A DNA stretch of 64,000 nt from Thermoproteota archaeon. GTDB lineage: Archaea > Korarchaeota > Korarchaeia > Korarchaeales > Korarchaeaceae. The first letter of the stretch is position 1. Each line of letters starts with the position of its first letter. This document shows, piece by piece, positions 18,002-27,286 of the stretch. The stretch spans positions 96,001-160,000 of the forward strand of contig JALSOH010000006.1 in NCBI GenBank assembly GCA_026986575.1, given 5' to 3'. The translations under genes and the position numbers were made by a program. The notes under the pieces were generated by a model that was not told the DNA's origin, searched no databases, and saw only the letters and a list, made by a program, of their open reading frames with translations.

Positions 18002-19099
18002 GTGCGTGGTGAACTGATCTCAGGCAAGGGACTGGAAAAGATAGAGAGCCCAAGATACATCATTTTCGGGCCGAATGCTCTGGGAAGGACAGCTGAAATA
18101 CTGAACAGCTTGGGTCTCACCGGGACGGCCGTGGTGGTCAGCGGATCCAGCGTGACGGCCGATGTGGCTAGGGACCTTATCGACATGTTGGAGGGCGACA
18201 TGAAGGTTTACCACGTCGTAGCCCGTCAGGGAGGGATAGACGACGTCCTACATGTTATCAAGGAGGCGGAAGAGAGAAACGCCGACTTCCTAATAGGGGT
18301 GGGAGGCGGTAAACCTCTGGATGTCACTAAGCTAGCAGCAGCTAAGCTGGGGGTTAGATACGCCGTGGTCCCCACCTCAGCGAGTCACGACGGAATCGCA
18401 TCGCCTGCGGTGAATTTCTCCCTGTCAAAACAGGCTGAAACCAGATTTGGTGGGGTTAGAGGGATGGAAGCACCCACAGCGGTGATTGCTGACACTCGAG
18501 TGATAAATAAGGCCCCTCCCGAGACATTCAAATCAGGATTCGGCGACTTGGTGGCCAAGTTCACGGCTGTGAGAGATTGGGAATTGGCTCATAAGCTGAA
18601 GGATGAACCATACAGCGAGTATGCTGCCTCGATGTCACTGCTCAGCGCCAAGATAGCGACAGATCACGCCTCAGAGATAAAGTCGGGATTGGAGGAGTCC
18701 ACTAGGATCTTGGTAAAAGCATTGATAGGCAGTGGCGTGGCCATAAGCATAGCCGGGAGCTCGAGGCCTGCCAGCGGCAGTGAACACATGTTCAGCCACG
18801 CCTTAGATAAGATAGCTGCCAAGGAGGGCGTCAAACCTGCGCCCCACGGGATACAGGTAGCCTTGGGAACGATAATGATGGCCTACCTCCAGGGTCAGGA
18901 CTGGAAATGGATAAGGGAAAAGCTCAGAGAGGCGAGTGTACCAACAACAGCGGAAGAAGCTGGCTTAAGACCTGATCTCGTGGTAAAAGCCCTTACAGTG
19001 GCTCACAGGATAAGGGACAGGTACACCATACTCGGGGTGACTGGGCTCACCCCAACAGCGGCCGAAAAGCTGGCTAGAGCAACTGGAGTAATACGATGA
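18002..19099 (+). CDS. egsA: sn-glycerol-1-phosphate dehydrogenase (start approximate)
   Basis: GVGGGKPLDVTK, PTSASHDGIASP, GDLVAKFTAVRDW, GSSRPASGSEHMFSHALD, HGIQV, IRDRYTIL. Confidence 0.95.
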   Translation: MRGELISGKGLEKIESPRYIIFGPNALGRTAEILNSLGLTGTAVVVSGSSVTADVARDLIDMLEGDMKVYHVVARQGGIDDVLHVIKEAEERNADFLIGVGGGKPLDVTKLAAAKLGVRYAVVPTSASHDGIASPAVNFSLSKQAETRFGGVRGMEAPTAVIADTRVINKAPPETFKSGFGDLVAKFTAVRDWELAHKLKDEPYSEYAASMSLLSAKIATDHASEIKSGLEESTRILVKALIGSGVAISIAGSSRPASGSEHMFSHALDKIAAKEGVKPAPHGIQVALGTIMMAYLQGQDWKWIREKLREASVPTTAEEAGLRPDLVVKALTVAHRIRDRYTILGVTGLTPTAAEKLARATGVIR

Positions 19100-19751
19100 T
19101 GATAGAGATCAGGACGCTTATCAGAATTATGGAACCCACGAAGGCTGAGGTGAATTTGAGCGAGTACTTGAGGGCATTCTCCCTCTCCAGTCCAATGGTC
19201 ACGGCGTGCACTCTGTAGGAGAGATAGGTGAACCAGCCAAGGGAAGCTAGGGCCAATACTAGGGAGATTATCGGCGGGAAAGACACCAAATACGAGAATA
19301 TCTCTGAAAATACGGTTAATAGGAGACTTCTCCAAGTGGAACCCTCGCATGAGATGACCCTGCCGGGCGATATCATCAGCACCAATGTATTGAGGACTCC
19401 TACAATGGTGAGCGGAAGGGAGCAGAGGGCCATCAGGTAGTGGTATTTCCTGAGCCTCATCCTAGCCCTCCTAGCTACGGAGATTCCCGTGACTACTGAA
19501 GATATCCCCCAGCTCACTGCCGTTATGATCCACATGTAGAGGAGCAGGAGCTGTTTCACATGGATGAACATCGCCACCCTCTCCGTCATGACAGAGGATG
19601 AACAGGCTATCCTCACCCCCAATGTCGATAGAGCCAGAGCATTCACAACCAAGAAGAGGAGGAGAGAGATGGTTGCTGGCAGTAAGCTGGCGTTTAATCC
19701 AAGATCCCTTAACTCCTCCCTCTTGCCTAGCAGGAACCCGAGCAGATTCAT
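19074..19751 (-). CDS. Yip1-like multi-pass membrane protein
   Basis: About five TM helices; overlaps the ABCE1 stop (ATGA coupling). Confidence 0.55.
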   Translation of the reverse strand: MNLLGFLLGKREELRDLGLNASLLPATISLLLFLVVNALALSTLGVRIACSSSVMTERVAMFIHVKQLLLLYMWIITAVSWGISSVVTGISVARRARMRLRKYHYLMALCSLPLTIVGVLNTLVLMISPGRVISCEGSTWRSLLLTVFSEIFSYLVSFPPIISLVLALASLGWFTYLSYRVHAVTIGLERENALKYSLKFTSAFVGSIILISVLISIIIVLLQLL

Positions 19752-21526
19752 GGGTAGTACCTCCCTGTTGCCCTCGCCAGCTGGTCCATCTTGGAGCCAG
19801 GCTTGTTGACCCTAGGTCTGCCTGTGTCGGGATCACGCCTGAAGGTGACATCGACATCCTTTAGGAACTCGTTAAGTCCTTCTCTTGGATCCATGGGCCT
19901 GCTGGCGTGACCCTCAACCCCAGGTTGCCCAGAGAAGACCATAATCCTATCAGCCACCGCCTCTATTGTAAGGAGGTCATGCTCCACGACGATCACAGCC
20001 TTATTCTCCCCTTGAATCCTCCTCCTGATGGACTTCGCTGCCGCGAACCTAGCTTCTACATCTAGGAAAGCACTGGGCTCGTCTATCAGGTAGATATCGG
20101 CCTCTCTACCCAAGCAAGCTGCGATGGCGACCTTCTGAAGCTCCCCACCGCTGAGCTCATCCAAGTACCTGTCCAGCAGCCTCTCTATTCCCAGCCTCTT
20201 AACCACCTCCGCTCTGAAGTACGGGCTTGAGTAGCTAGATCCAGCCACCTTGCGCAGGAGGGACTCCACGGTGCCCTCATATGTAGGCTTCACGTGCTGA
20301 GGCTTGTACGAGACCTTTATGCCCTCGGTCATTACGGTACCCTGATCCGGACTGAGCTCACCCGCTAGCATCCTCACGAAGGTGGTCTTCCCTATTCCAT
20401 TGGGGCCAACCGCCACGACCACCTCTCCGGCGTATACTTCCCCCTCCTCAACGTGGAGGCTGAATCCGTTCAACCTCTTCTCCAAATTGGTGTACACTAC
20501 AACGGGGTTCTCCGAGATCTCGGGGCTGCCTACCCTAGGCAGGAAGGAGATAGGCTCTTCCCTGAATCTGACGTTGTCGTCAGGGAGGTACCCGTCCAAG
20601 AAGATGTTTATTCCCTCCCTAGTGGAATGGGGATGGCTGACCACTCCGTAAACACCGGGTTCTCCGTAAAGTATGTGGACGTAGTCGCTGAGGTAATCCA
20701 ACACCGCCAGATCATGCTCCACCAGCATAACAGATTTACCATCTTCTTGGAGCCTCCTTATCAGCTTAGCGGCCCTCATCCTCTGATAGACATCCAAGTA
20801 GTTGGTCGGCTCGTCCAACACATAGACATCGGCATCCCTCACGTAGGCCGCCGCTAAAGCTAGTCTCTGGAGCTCACCACCGCTCAACCCTCCCACTTCC
20901 CTATCCTTGAGCTTACCCAACCCTAGAATGTCCATCGCTTCATCTAGGACCCCTCTCTCATTCACCTTCTCGAGGACTTCGATGACCCTTCCCTTCACGA
21001 CCCGAGGTATCTTATCTATCCTCTCGGGCTTGTTCACGACCCTTATCTGACCATCAGCGAGTCTCTTCAGATAGTCTTGGAGTTCGGAACCCCTGAAATG
21101 CCTTATCACCTCGTCCCAGTCAGGTTCATCGTCTACCCTGCCTAGGTTGGGCTTTATCCTACCAGATAGAATGGATATGGAGGTGGTCTTGCCCACCCCA
21201 TTCGGACCCACGAGACCCACGATCTTGCTTGGCCTCACTATAGGTAGCCTGAAGAGAGTGAACCCATTCACCCCGTACCTGTGTACTTCCTCACCCTCCA
21301 CTGGGGCAGGTAGGTTAACGACGGAGATGGCGGAGAACGGGCACTTCTTGACGCATATCCCACATCCCGTGCATAGCTCCTCATCTATAACTAGGAGACC
21401 ATCCTCCAGCCTGATGGTCTCCTCAACACCCATTCTGACCTCTGGACAGTACTTTATGCACTCCAAGCCGCACTTGCGCGGGTTACACCTGTCCCTATCT
21501 ACTACGGCTATCCTCCTAGCGGGCAA
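19748..21526 (-). CDS. rli: Ribosome recycling ATPase ABCE1/RLI
   Basis: N-terminal 2x[4Fe-4S] domain (CNPRKC...CTGCGICVKKCP), two NBDs (GPNGVGKT, GPNGIGKT, LSGGELQ), TFRRD...RPRVNK. Confidence 0.98.
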   Translation of the reverse strand: MPARRIAVVDRDRCNPRKCGLECIKYCPEVRMGVEETIRLEDGLLVIDEELCTGCGICVKKCPFSAISVVNLPAPVEGEEVHRYGVNGFTLFRLPIVRPSKIVGLVGPNGVGKTTSISILSGRIKPNLGRVDDEPDWDEVIRHFRGSELQDYLKRLADGQIRVVNKPERIDKIPRVVKGRVIEVLEKVNERGVLDEAMDILGLGKLKDREVGGLSGGELQRLALAAAYVRDADVYVLDEPTNYLDVYQRMRAAKLIRRLQEDGKSVMLVEHDLAVLDYLSDYVHILYGEPGVYGVVSHPHSTREGINIFLDGYLPDDNVRFREEPISFLPRVGSPEISENPVVVYTNLEKRLNGFSLHVEEGEVYAGEVVVAVGPNGIGKTTFVRMLAGELSPDQGTVMTEGIKVSYKPQHVKPTYEGTVESLLRKVAGSSYSSPYFRAEVVKRLGIERLLDRYLDELSGGELQKVAIAACLGREADIYLIDEPSAFLDVEARFAAAKSIRRRIQGENKAVIVVEHDLLTIEAVADRIMVFSGQPGVEGHASRPMDPREGLNEFLKDVDVTFRRDPDTGRPRVNKPGSKMDQLARATGRYYP

Positions 21527-21530
21527 AAAA

Positions 21531-22139
21531 TCACCTCGGGGGGGATACAGATTCCCTCCCGAGGTCGAAGGCTCTCAAATTTAAATCCCTATATCTGGAG
21601 GGAGAGACCTCCTCCAAGGCTTCCCTGAGGACCCCTTCCGGGAAAGGCAGCACCCCGGTGGCCTGAGCGGCTCCTAGCATCACGGTATTCGCGACTATAT
21701 AATCGCCAGCCTTTTTCGCTATGTCGTATGCATTCAGCACCATTATCTTCTTGGGATTGAGGCTCCTCATTAGCTCCAAGATCTCATCAAAGCTTGGTAT
21801 GGGAAATCTCTCCAAGTACGCCCCCACCGGGGGTATAACATGGTTGTTCATAACCACCGTGGTCCTTTCCGAGATGTATGGTGACTGCCTGAGTCCCTCG
21901 AGCGGTTCCAAGGCTATCAGCAGGTCGAGCGTTCCCTCTAGTATAAGGGGGCTGGATACGTCGCTACCAATCCTTAACTCGGTTCTTATAGACCCGTACC
22001 TCTGAGAGAGACCGTGGACCTCGCTCTGGGCGAAGTTGAGGCCTAGCTTGAGTGCGGCTCTAGCTATCACGTTGGTGGTGAACAGGATACCTTGCCCACC
22101 GACTCCAGCAACTATCACATTGAATTCTCGCACGCTCAT
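21531..22139 (-). CDS. iorB: Indolepyruvate:ferredoxin oxidoreductase beta subunit
   Basis: AGVGGQGIL, SEVHGLSQRYGS, ANTVMLGA, NLRAF. Confidence 0.95.
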   Translation of the reverse strand: MSVREFNVIVAGVGGQGILFTTNVIARAALKLGLNFAQSEVHGLSQRYGSIRTELRIGSDVSSPLILEGTLDLLIALEPLEGLRQSPYISERTTVVMNNHVIPPVGAYLERFPIPSFDEILELMRSLNPKKIMVLNAYDIAKKAGDYIVANTVMLGAAQATGVLPFPEGVLREALEEVSPSRYRDLNLRAFDLGRESVSPPR

Positions 22140-22143
22140 GCTC

Positions 22144-24039
22144 TCACACTCCTATCTTCTGCTCCCTCCAATTGAGTGACCCCTCCTGAGGTTCGAAAGC
22201 TCCGTATGGACAGACGGGAACGCAGGCTCCGCAGCCGAAGCATACTGTCGGATCTATCTCTACCAGAGAGCCAGTGTCCACGAAGGCTGGGCAGGCGAAG
22301 GTGTTTATGCAGACCCTGCAGTAAGTGCACTTGTCGGGGTTCACCCTATAAGGGACTATCTTCTGGCCCTGTCTCCTGAGCTTAGCCACTGTGAGTAGGG
22401 CGCATTCCCTCTTGGTTATCACCACAGAGACACCATCATGCTTCAGGGCCTCTCTTATCGCCTTTTCAGTGGCGGCATGATCGTATGGATCTACTACCTT
22501 GACGTAATCGACGCCTATGGATCGAACGATCTTCTCTATATCTATGGCAGGGGCCTCATCACCCACCGCATTGACCTCCGTACCCGGGTGCGGCTGATGC
22601 CCTGTCATGGCCGTTATCCTGTTGTCCATTATCACAACAGTCATCTTCCTCTTGTTGTGGACCGCATTTATCAGCGCTGGTATGCCAGCGTGGAAGAACG
22701 TGGAATCTCCTATCAGCGCGACCACATCCTGATCCGTGGCCACATCTATACCATTAGCCAAGCCTATGGAGGAGCCCATCGCGTGAGTGACGTGTTCCAC
22801 CCTGAACGGCTTCTGGAATAGCAGAGCGTAACACCCTATATCGCCCATGAACGCGGCCCTTCCCGCGGCCCTTCTGAGGGCGTACCCCGTAGACCTGTGG
22901 GGGCATGCAGGGCACAGGACTGGAGGCCTAGGAGGGACTTTCTTAAGTATTTCTGAGCTTCTCCTATCTATCTCAGCGAAGTTAACTGGGGGAGCGACTC
23001 CCAACGCCTTAGACAGTCCCTCTAGTACTGTTCTCATGGTGTACTCTCCGACCCTAGGCATGTGGCCAGTCAACTTGCCTAGGATCTCAACCTCAGGCGC
23101 GTAGTCCTTGGCTATGACCTTCACCCTCATTTCTAGGTAAGGATCCAGCTCCTCCACTATCAGTGCGGTGTTCACGGAGGATAGGAACTCTCCTATAGAC
23201 TTCTTGGGGAGAGGGAAGGTCATTCCCAGCTTCAGGATCTTGGCATCCACATTAACGAGCTTCAGCGCCTCCTTAGCGTGGGCATAGGCGACACCCGAGG
23301 TTATGACCCCGAACTCCGCATCGGAAGCTCCCTCTACTTTAGTGTAGGAGGGTGCGACATCCAAGGATATCTCCTTGAGCTTACCCAAAAGCTCTGCGTG
23401 ATGCTTCCTAGCTATGGCGCCAACTTGGAGGTACCTGTCGGGCTCTGGGGGAACGAACTTCCCCTTGGAGAAGCCAGCCTTTATCTCCCCTAAGCGAACG
23501 GGACCTCTTTGATGGCTGATCCTAGTCGTCGTCCTCACCATTACGGGTATCCTATACCTGCTGGATAGCTCGAAGGCCTCCTTCGTGAAGTCCTTAGCTT
23601 CCTGAGGGTTGGATGGCTCCAACATAGGTAAACCAACTGACTCGCTGTAATGCCTGTTGTCTTGCTCGTTCTGACTACTGTGAGCATGAGGGTCGTCCGC
23701 TGATACTATGACCATGGCGCCAGTCACTCCCGCGTAGGCTAGGGTGAATATGGCATCAGAGGCAACATTGAAGCCCACGTGCTTCATCATGGTCAAGGCC
23801 TTGAGACCGGACCATGCCGCCCCCATCGCAACCTCCGTGGCGACCTTCTCGTTGGCCGACCACTCGAAGTATATACCCACACGCTTGGCTACTTTGGCTA
23901 GGGCCTCACCTATCTCCGTGCTTGGTGTACCAGGATAGGCCGCGGCGACGTTCAGACCAGCCTCCAAGGCACCCCTTGCGACGGCTTCGTTTCCGAGTAG
24001 CACCTCTATGGTGTTGGCTGGGGCGAGCAGATCTCCCAT
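22144..24039 (-). CDS. iorA: Indolepyruvate:ferredoxin oxidoreductase alpha subunit
   Basis: LLGNEAVARG, YPGTPSTE, MKHVG, SSQNEQD, RPPVLCPACPH, GDSTFFHAG, C-terminal ferredoxin. Confidence 0.97.
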   Translation of the reverse strand: MGDLLAPANTIEVLLGNEAVARGALEAGLNVAAAYPGTPSTEIGEALAKVAKRVGIYFEWSANEKVATEVAMGAAWSGLKALTMMKHVGFNVASDAIFTLAYAGVTGAMVIVSADDPHAHSSQNEQDNRHYSESVGLPMLEPSNPQEAKDFTKEAFELSSRYRIPVMVRTTTRISHQRGPVRLGEIKAGFSKGKFVPPEPDRYLQVGAIARKHHAELLGKLKEISLDVAPSYTKVEGASDAEFGVITSGVAYAHAKEALKLVNVDAKILKLGMTFPLPKKSIGEFLSSVNTALIVEELDPYLEMRVKVIAKDYAPEVEILGKLTGHMPRVGEYTMRTVLEGLSKALGVAPPVNFAEIDRRSSEILKKVPPRPPVLCPACPHRSTGYALRRAAGRAAFMGDIGCYALLFQKPFRVEHVTHAMGSSIGLANGIDVATDQDVVALIGDSTFFHAGIPALINAVHNKRKMTVVIMDNRITAMTGHQPHPGTEVNAVGDEAPAIDIEKIVRSIGVDYVKVVDPYDHAATEKAIREALKHDGVSVVITKRECALLTVAKLRRQGQKIVPYRVNPDKCTYCRVCINTFACPAFVDTGSLVEIDPTVCFGCGACVPVCPYGAFEPQEGSLNWREQKIGV

Positions 24040-24190
24040 AAAAGCAACCCCATGCAGTAGGCGCTGAGGTAACTTATAATTGTGCGAATACCCTCACACA
24101 TCAGAGTCGGAGTGCATATAACGCTGGAATACAATCAAACTGATGACAGTTTCACGGAATATAGGAAATTGCTTTACTCAATCTAGCCGT

Positions 24191-25510
24191 TTAGGAGGTT
24201 GAAAATAGTGACCATCTTACCAGCGAGTCGGCCGATCTCAGCGCACGGCATGGGGTGGGGTAAGCGGGTATGCCTTTCCTCCTCAAGGAGAGGATAGCCT
24301 CCAAGGCCCTCTTACCACCCATTATCACCGGGATTATCGGCTTATCGTAAAGATCCCAGAGGTCGTATATCATGCTAGCGAACCTCATGGGATCGGAGAG
24401 AGCGGTCTCACAGTGTAGTGCAATGACGCCATCGACATCCCTCCTAGACAGGAGCACATCCAGCACGCCCCTGTAAACATCAGTCCCAGCTCTTCCTGTT
24501 ATGTCCACAGGGTTGGTGGAAAAATTCCCACCTTCTGGTACGAACTGCCTCATCTCCTCAATCAGATCATTGCCAGGCTCGGGTAAGTCAAGAATGGAAT
24601 CAGAAGCCATCCCCTTAAGGAGCTTTCCCGCCCCCCCGCTGTTGGTCACGGCGACGAAGGATCTCCCTCTGATCCTCTTACCGGAAAGTGCCAAGGCCAT
24701 GTCCAAGGCGGTGATCACGTCATCAGTTATCGGTAGACTACCTTGAAGCCCCTTCAACTCATCTATCACCCGATCTGAGGCTGTGAGGATAACTAGGGGC
24801 TTCCTTCGGGCCACCTCTTCGACTGTGGTCTTCAATGAACCGCTATCCTTAACACTCTCGGCATGCAGCACCAAGGACCGGGTGCTCCTATCCTCGGCTA
24901 GATAACTCAGAACTTCCCTCTCGCTGACATCCAGCTTGTCGCCCAGCCCTATCACCGCTGAGAGTCCGACACCTTGGACAGTGGCCAAGCCCATGAGTGC
25001 CATTCCTAGGGTACGGGACTCCGTGACGAGGCCAACTCCTCCCTCAAGCACCTCCATAGGACCCAGTGTGGCGTTGAGTCGGCTCTTGACGTGGAATATA
25101 CCCATAGAGGACGGGCCCAAGATCCTTATCCCGTGTTTCTGGGCTGACTCGTATATATCGTAGGAGGAGGGATCACCTCTCTTCCCAGAAATGACCACGG
25201 CGACCTTAACGCCCTTAGCGCCGAGCTCCCCCATGATCTTCGGGATCCTCTCAACGGGCGACACCAGAATTGCGAGATCTATGTCCTCCGTCACATCTAG
25301 AACCGTTTTATAGCACCTGATGTCGTGGATCTCCGCGTACTTCGGATTTACGGGGAATATGGGCCCGGGAAAACCGTACTTAACCAAGTTGGTGAGGACC
25401 TCGTAACCCATCTTGCCGGGCGTCTTAGACACGCCGATGACCGCAATGGATCTGGGCTCGAAGAGCGTCCTCAGTACATCCTCCTCTCCCAAAGAAATCA
25501 CCTCCCTCAA
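24191..25510 (-). CDS. ADP-forming acyl-CoA synthetase alpha-subunit homolog lacking the phospho-His loop
   Basis: LFEPRSIAVIG, PVNP, DLAI, RILGP, TNSGGAG, NPVDITG present; AASHTG motif absent. Confidence 0.85.
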   Translation of the reverse strand: MREVISLGEEDVLRTLFEPRSIAVIGVSKTPGKMGYEVLTNLVKYGFPGPIFPVNPKYAEIHDIRCYKTVLDVTEDIDLAILVSPVERIPKIMGELGAKGVKVAVVISGKRGDPSSYDIYESAQKHGIRILGPSSMGIFHVKSRLNATLGPMEVLEGGVGLVTESRTLGMALMGLATVQGVGLSAVIGLGDKLDVSEREVLSYLAEDRSTRSLVLHAESVKDSGSLKTTVEEVARRKPLVILTASDRVIDELKGLQGSLPITDDVITALDMALALSGKRIRGRSFVAVTNSGGAGKLLKGMASDSILDLPEPGNDLIEEMRQFVPEGGNFSTNPVDITGRAGTDVYRGVLDVLLSRRDVDGVIALHCETALSDPMRFASMIYDLWDLYDKPIIPVIMGGKRALEAILSLRRKGIPAYPTPCRALRSADSLVRWSLFSTS

Positions 25511-26031
25511 CCTGATTCAGCGGCAACTGCCCTCCAGATCGCATCTCCGGCATGATGCAGATTCCTCACGGATCTGCCTCTCTCCTTTATCTGGTCCGGC
25601 GGTCTGAGTGCCCTGCCTATGGCTATGGTTGCTCCCAACCTCTCGTCGACCACGACTACCAAGTCTCCCTCGTCGAAGTCATCCATGACCTCCTTGATGC
25701 CCGGTCCCATGACGTGGGCTCCGCTGGCTATCGGTTTAACCGCCCCCAAGTCCACTACCACCCTAGGTAAATCGAGATCGAACTTCTCTACGGCAGTGAG
25801 GAACGGAATGAGGTCATTATCCTCGGTGGGGAGCTCGACGAGCACGGGTTCCCCCTCGTAGTAATAGACTCTGGCCACCTTCCCCCTCCATGGAACCTCG
25901 AGCACTTGGAACGAGATCTTCCTCTTCCTGAAGACGTTACTCATGCCCCTTATCTCCTTGACAGCTCTGTCTATAATGGCCTTACTCTGCTTTACTGTGA
26001 TCGCGTATTTCCTCCCCGGAATTGCCCTCAC
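25507..26031 (-). CDS. PUA-domain RNA-binding protein (DUF1947 + PUA, MCT-1-like)
   Basis: PRVVVDLGAVKPIASGAHVMGPGI, IAIG, NLHHAGD. Confidence 0.9.
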   Translation of the reverse strand: MRAIPGRKYAITVKQSKAIIDRAVKEIRGMSNVFRKRKISFQVLEVPWRGKVARVYYYEGEPVLVELPTEDNDLIPFLTAVEKFDLDLPRVVVDLGAVKPIASGAHVMGPGIKEVMDDFDEGDLVVVVDERLGATIAIGRALRPPDQIKERGRSVRNLHHAGDAIWRAVAAESG

Positions 26032-26050
26032 CTTTGCGAATATAGTGAAA

Positions 26051-26127
26051 TGGCGCCCGGGCCGGGATTTGAACCCGGGTCTGGGGCTCGACAGGCCCCT
26101 ATGCTAACCGGGCTACACCACCCGGGC
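26051..26127 (-). tRNA. tRNA-Asp(GTC), intronless, CCA encoded
   Basis: Reverse complement reads GCCCGGGTGGTGTAGCCCGGTTAGCATAGGGGCCTGTCGAGCCCCAGACCCGGGTTCAAATCCCGGCCCGGGCGCCA: cloverleaf, anticodon loop CT-GTC-GA, T-loop GTTCAAATC. Confidence 0.97.
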
Positions 26128-26151
26128 ACCGGAGTAGAGGAGGCAACCATC

Positions 26152-26164
26152 ATTATAAATATTT
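26152..26164 (-). promoter_or_regulatory. TATA box of tRNA-Asp
   Basis: Minus strand AAATATTTATAAT about 25-30 nt upstream of the tRNA 5' end. Confidence 0.65.
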
Positions 26165-27006
26165 CACCGTTTCCGCCTCATGCTTTCATAGACCAGCTTC
26201 ATCTTCAAGGCGTCCCTTTCTAACAAGGGGGACTCAGAGATCACCAGCCACCGGACGTCCTTCTCCACCATGAGCTGAGCTAAGGGCTCGAATTCGGGGC
26301 CATAGCCAGAACCCAACTCGTGGTGCATCCTCTCTCCGTAACCCGACTTGGTGGGCTCCACCTCGGTGAAATGCACGACAAGGCCGTCTAATGTGCCCAA
26401 CCTGCCCTCTATCTCATCTAGGATCCTCTCATAGTCTTTCCTACCCCTGATTATGCCTCCATACCTCACGTGTATATGGGCGAAATCCACAGTCGGCACG
26501 ACACTATCAACACTCTCGGCCATGGTGAGCACGTCGTCTAGGGAACCTAGTTGCGAGGGCTTCCCCGTGGTCTCCGGGCCGAGCTCGACTTGGAGTCCTC
26601 TGCCCTTTATCACGCTGTGGAGATGCTTTAGAGCATTTATTGCCATCTTCAGAGCTTCATCTCTTCCGAACTTACCGTAGTACCCTGGATGGAATGTGAT
26701 GTGCTTCGCGCCTATTCTGTGGGCAGCCACGGCCGCGGATATGATTCTCTCAATGCTTGCTTCTCTCTTTTTGGGATCCTCAGATGCCAAGTTTATGGCA
26801 TAGGGTGCGTGAAGTGAGAGCATTACATCGTTTTCCTCCGCCTGCTCCCTTATCCATCTGAGCAGCTCCTTGCTCTTCGGAATAGATCTGACTGCTTGGT
26901 ACTCCATCCCATCCAGCCCTACGCTCCTCAGATATGTGAATGCCTCTTCCTTAGGGGCATCTAATGGGTAACCAGCTAGCCCAAATCGGGTTCTATCGAT
27001 GTCCAT
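26164..27006 (-). CDS. nfo: Endonuclease IV-like TIM barrel (archaeal AP endonuclease)
   Basis: SLHAPYAINL, FHPGYY, GPETTGKPSQLG, DFAHIH, GERMHH, ISESPLLE.DA. Confidence 0.85.
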   Translation of the reverse strand: MDIDRTRFGLAGYPLDAPKEEAFTYLRSVGLDGMEYQAVRSIPKSKELLRWIREQAEENDVMLSLHAPYAINLASEDPKKREASIERIISAAVAAHRIGAKHITFHPGYYGKFGRDEALKMAINALKHLHSVIKGRGLQVELGPETTGKPSQLGSLDDVLTMAESVDSVVPTVDFAHIHVRYGGIIRGRKDYERILDEIEGRLGTLDGLVVHFTEVEPTKSGYGERMHHELGSGYGPEFEPLAQLMVEKDVRWLVISESPLLERDALKMKLVYESMRRKR

Positions 27007-27087
27007 CCCTTCCTCGATCTCCCGTACAAGACATTATCCTTACACCCTTCGCCTCCTTTTACTGTTAAAAGTGTTTGATATAGGGTG

Positions 27088-27101
27088 GAAGGGTTATATA
27101 T
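27088..27101 (+). promoter_or_regulatory. BRE/TATA promoter of the structured RNA candidate
   Basis: GAAGGG-TTATATAT ends about 21 nt before G27122. Confidence 0.6.
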
Positions 27102-27121
27102 CCCTTCCGGTCCTATATAGT

Positions 27122-27258
27122 GGGGTCGCCCGGCCCTTGGCGGGCTTAGCCCGATGTGCGGGCTATGGCCTACCACCGAAGCGGAAGGGGCCCTAAATTG
27201 GCCCCGATCTCGGGCGTCCTCAGGACGCCTCCCTCCGGACACCGTGCCGGGCGACTCC
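27122..27258 (+). ncRNA. Unidentified structured GC-rich RNA (or structured leader of the downstream radical SAM gene)
   Basis: 13-bp terminal helix GGGGTCGCCCGGC/GCCGGGCGACTCC enclosing three hairpins; G-U pair asymmetry favours the + strand; TATA box at the expected spacing. Confidence 0.7.
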
Positions 27259-27286
27259 CCGCACCTCCACCTCCTTCGGTGATAGC

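Noticed and set aside
24137-24152. AAACTG-ATGA-CAGTTT inverted repeat upstream of iorA
   Set aside because: Only 6-bp arms; could be an operator but cannot be distinguished from chance.
25906-26223. 105-aa ORF spanning tRNA-Asp
   Set aside because: Antisense to the tRNA and flanking genes; spurious.
27122-27258. Assignment of the structured RNA as tRNA, 5S, SRP, RNase P or a hammerhead ribozyme
   Set aside because: No T-loop or CCA, no SRP helix-8 motif, no GAGGAAAGTCC. The minus-strand CTGAGGA has no matching GAAA.
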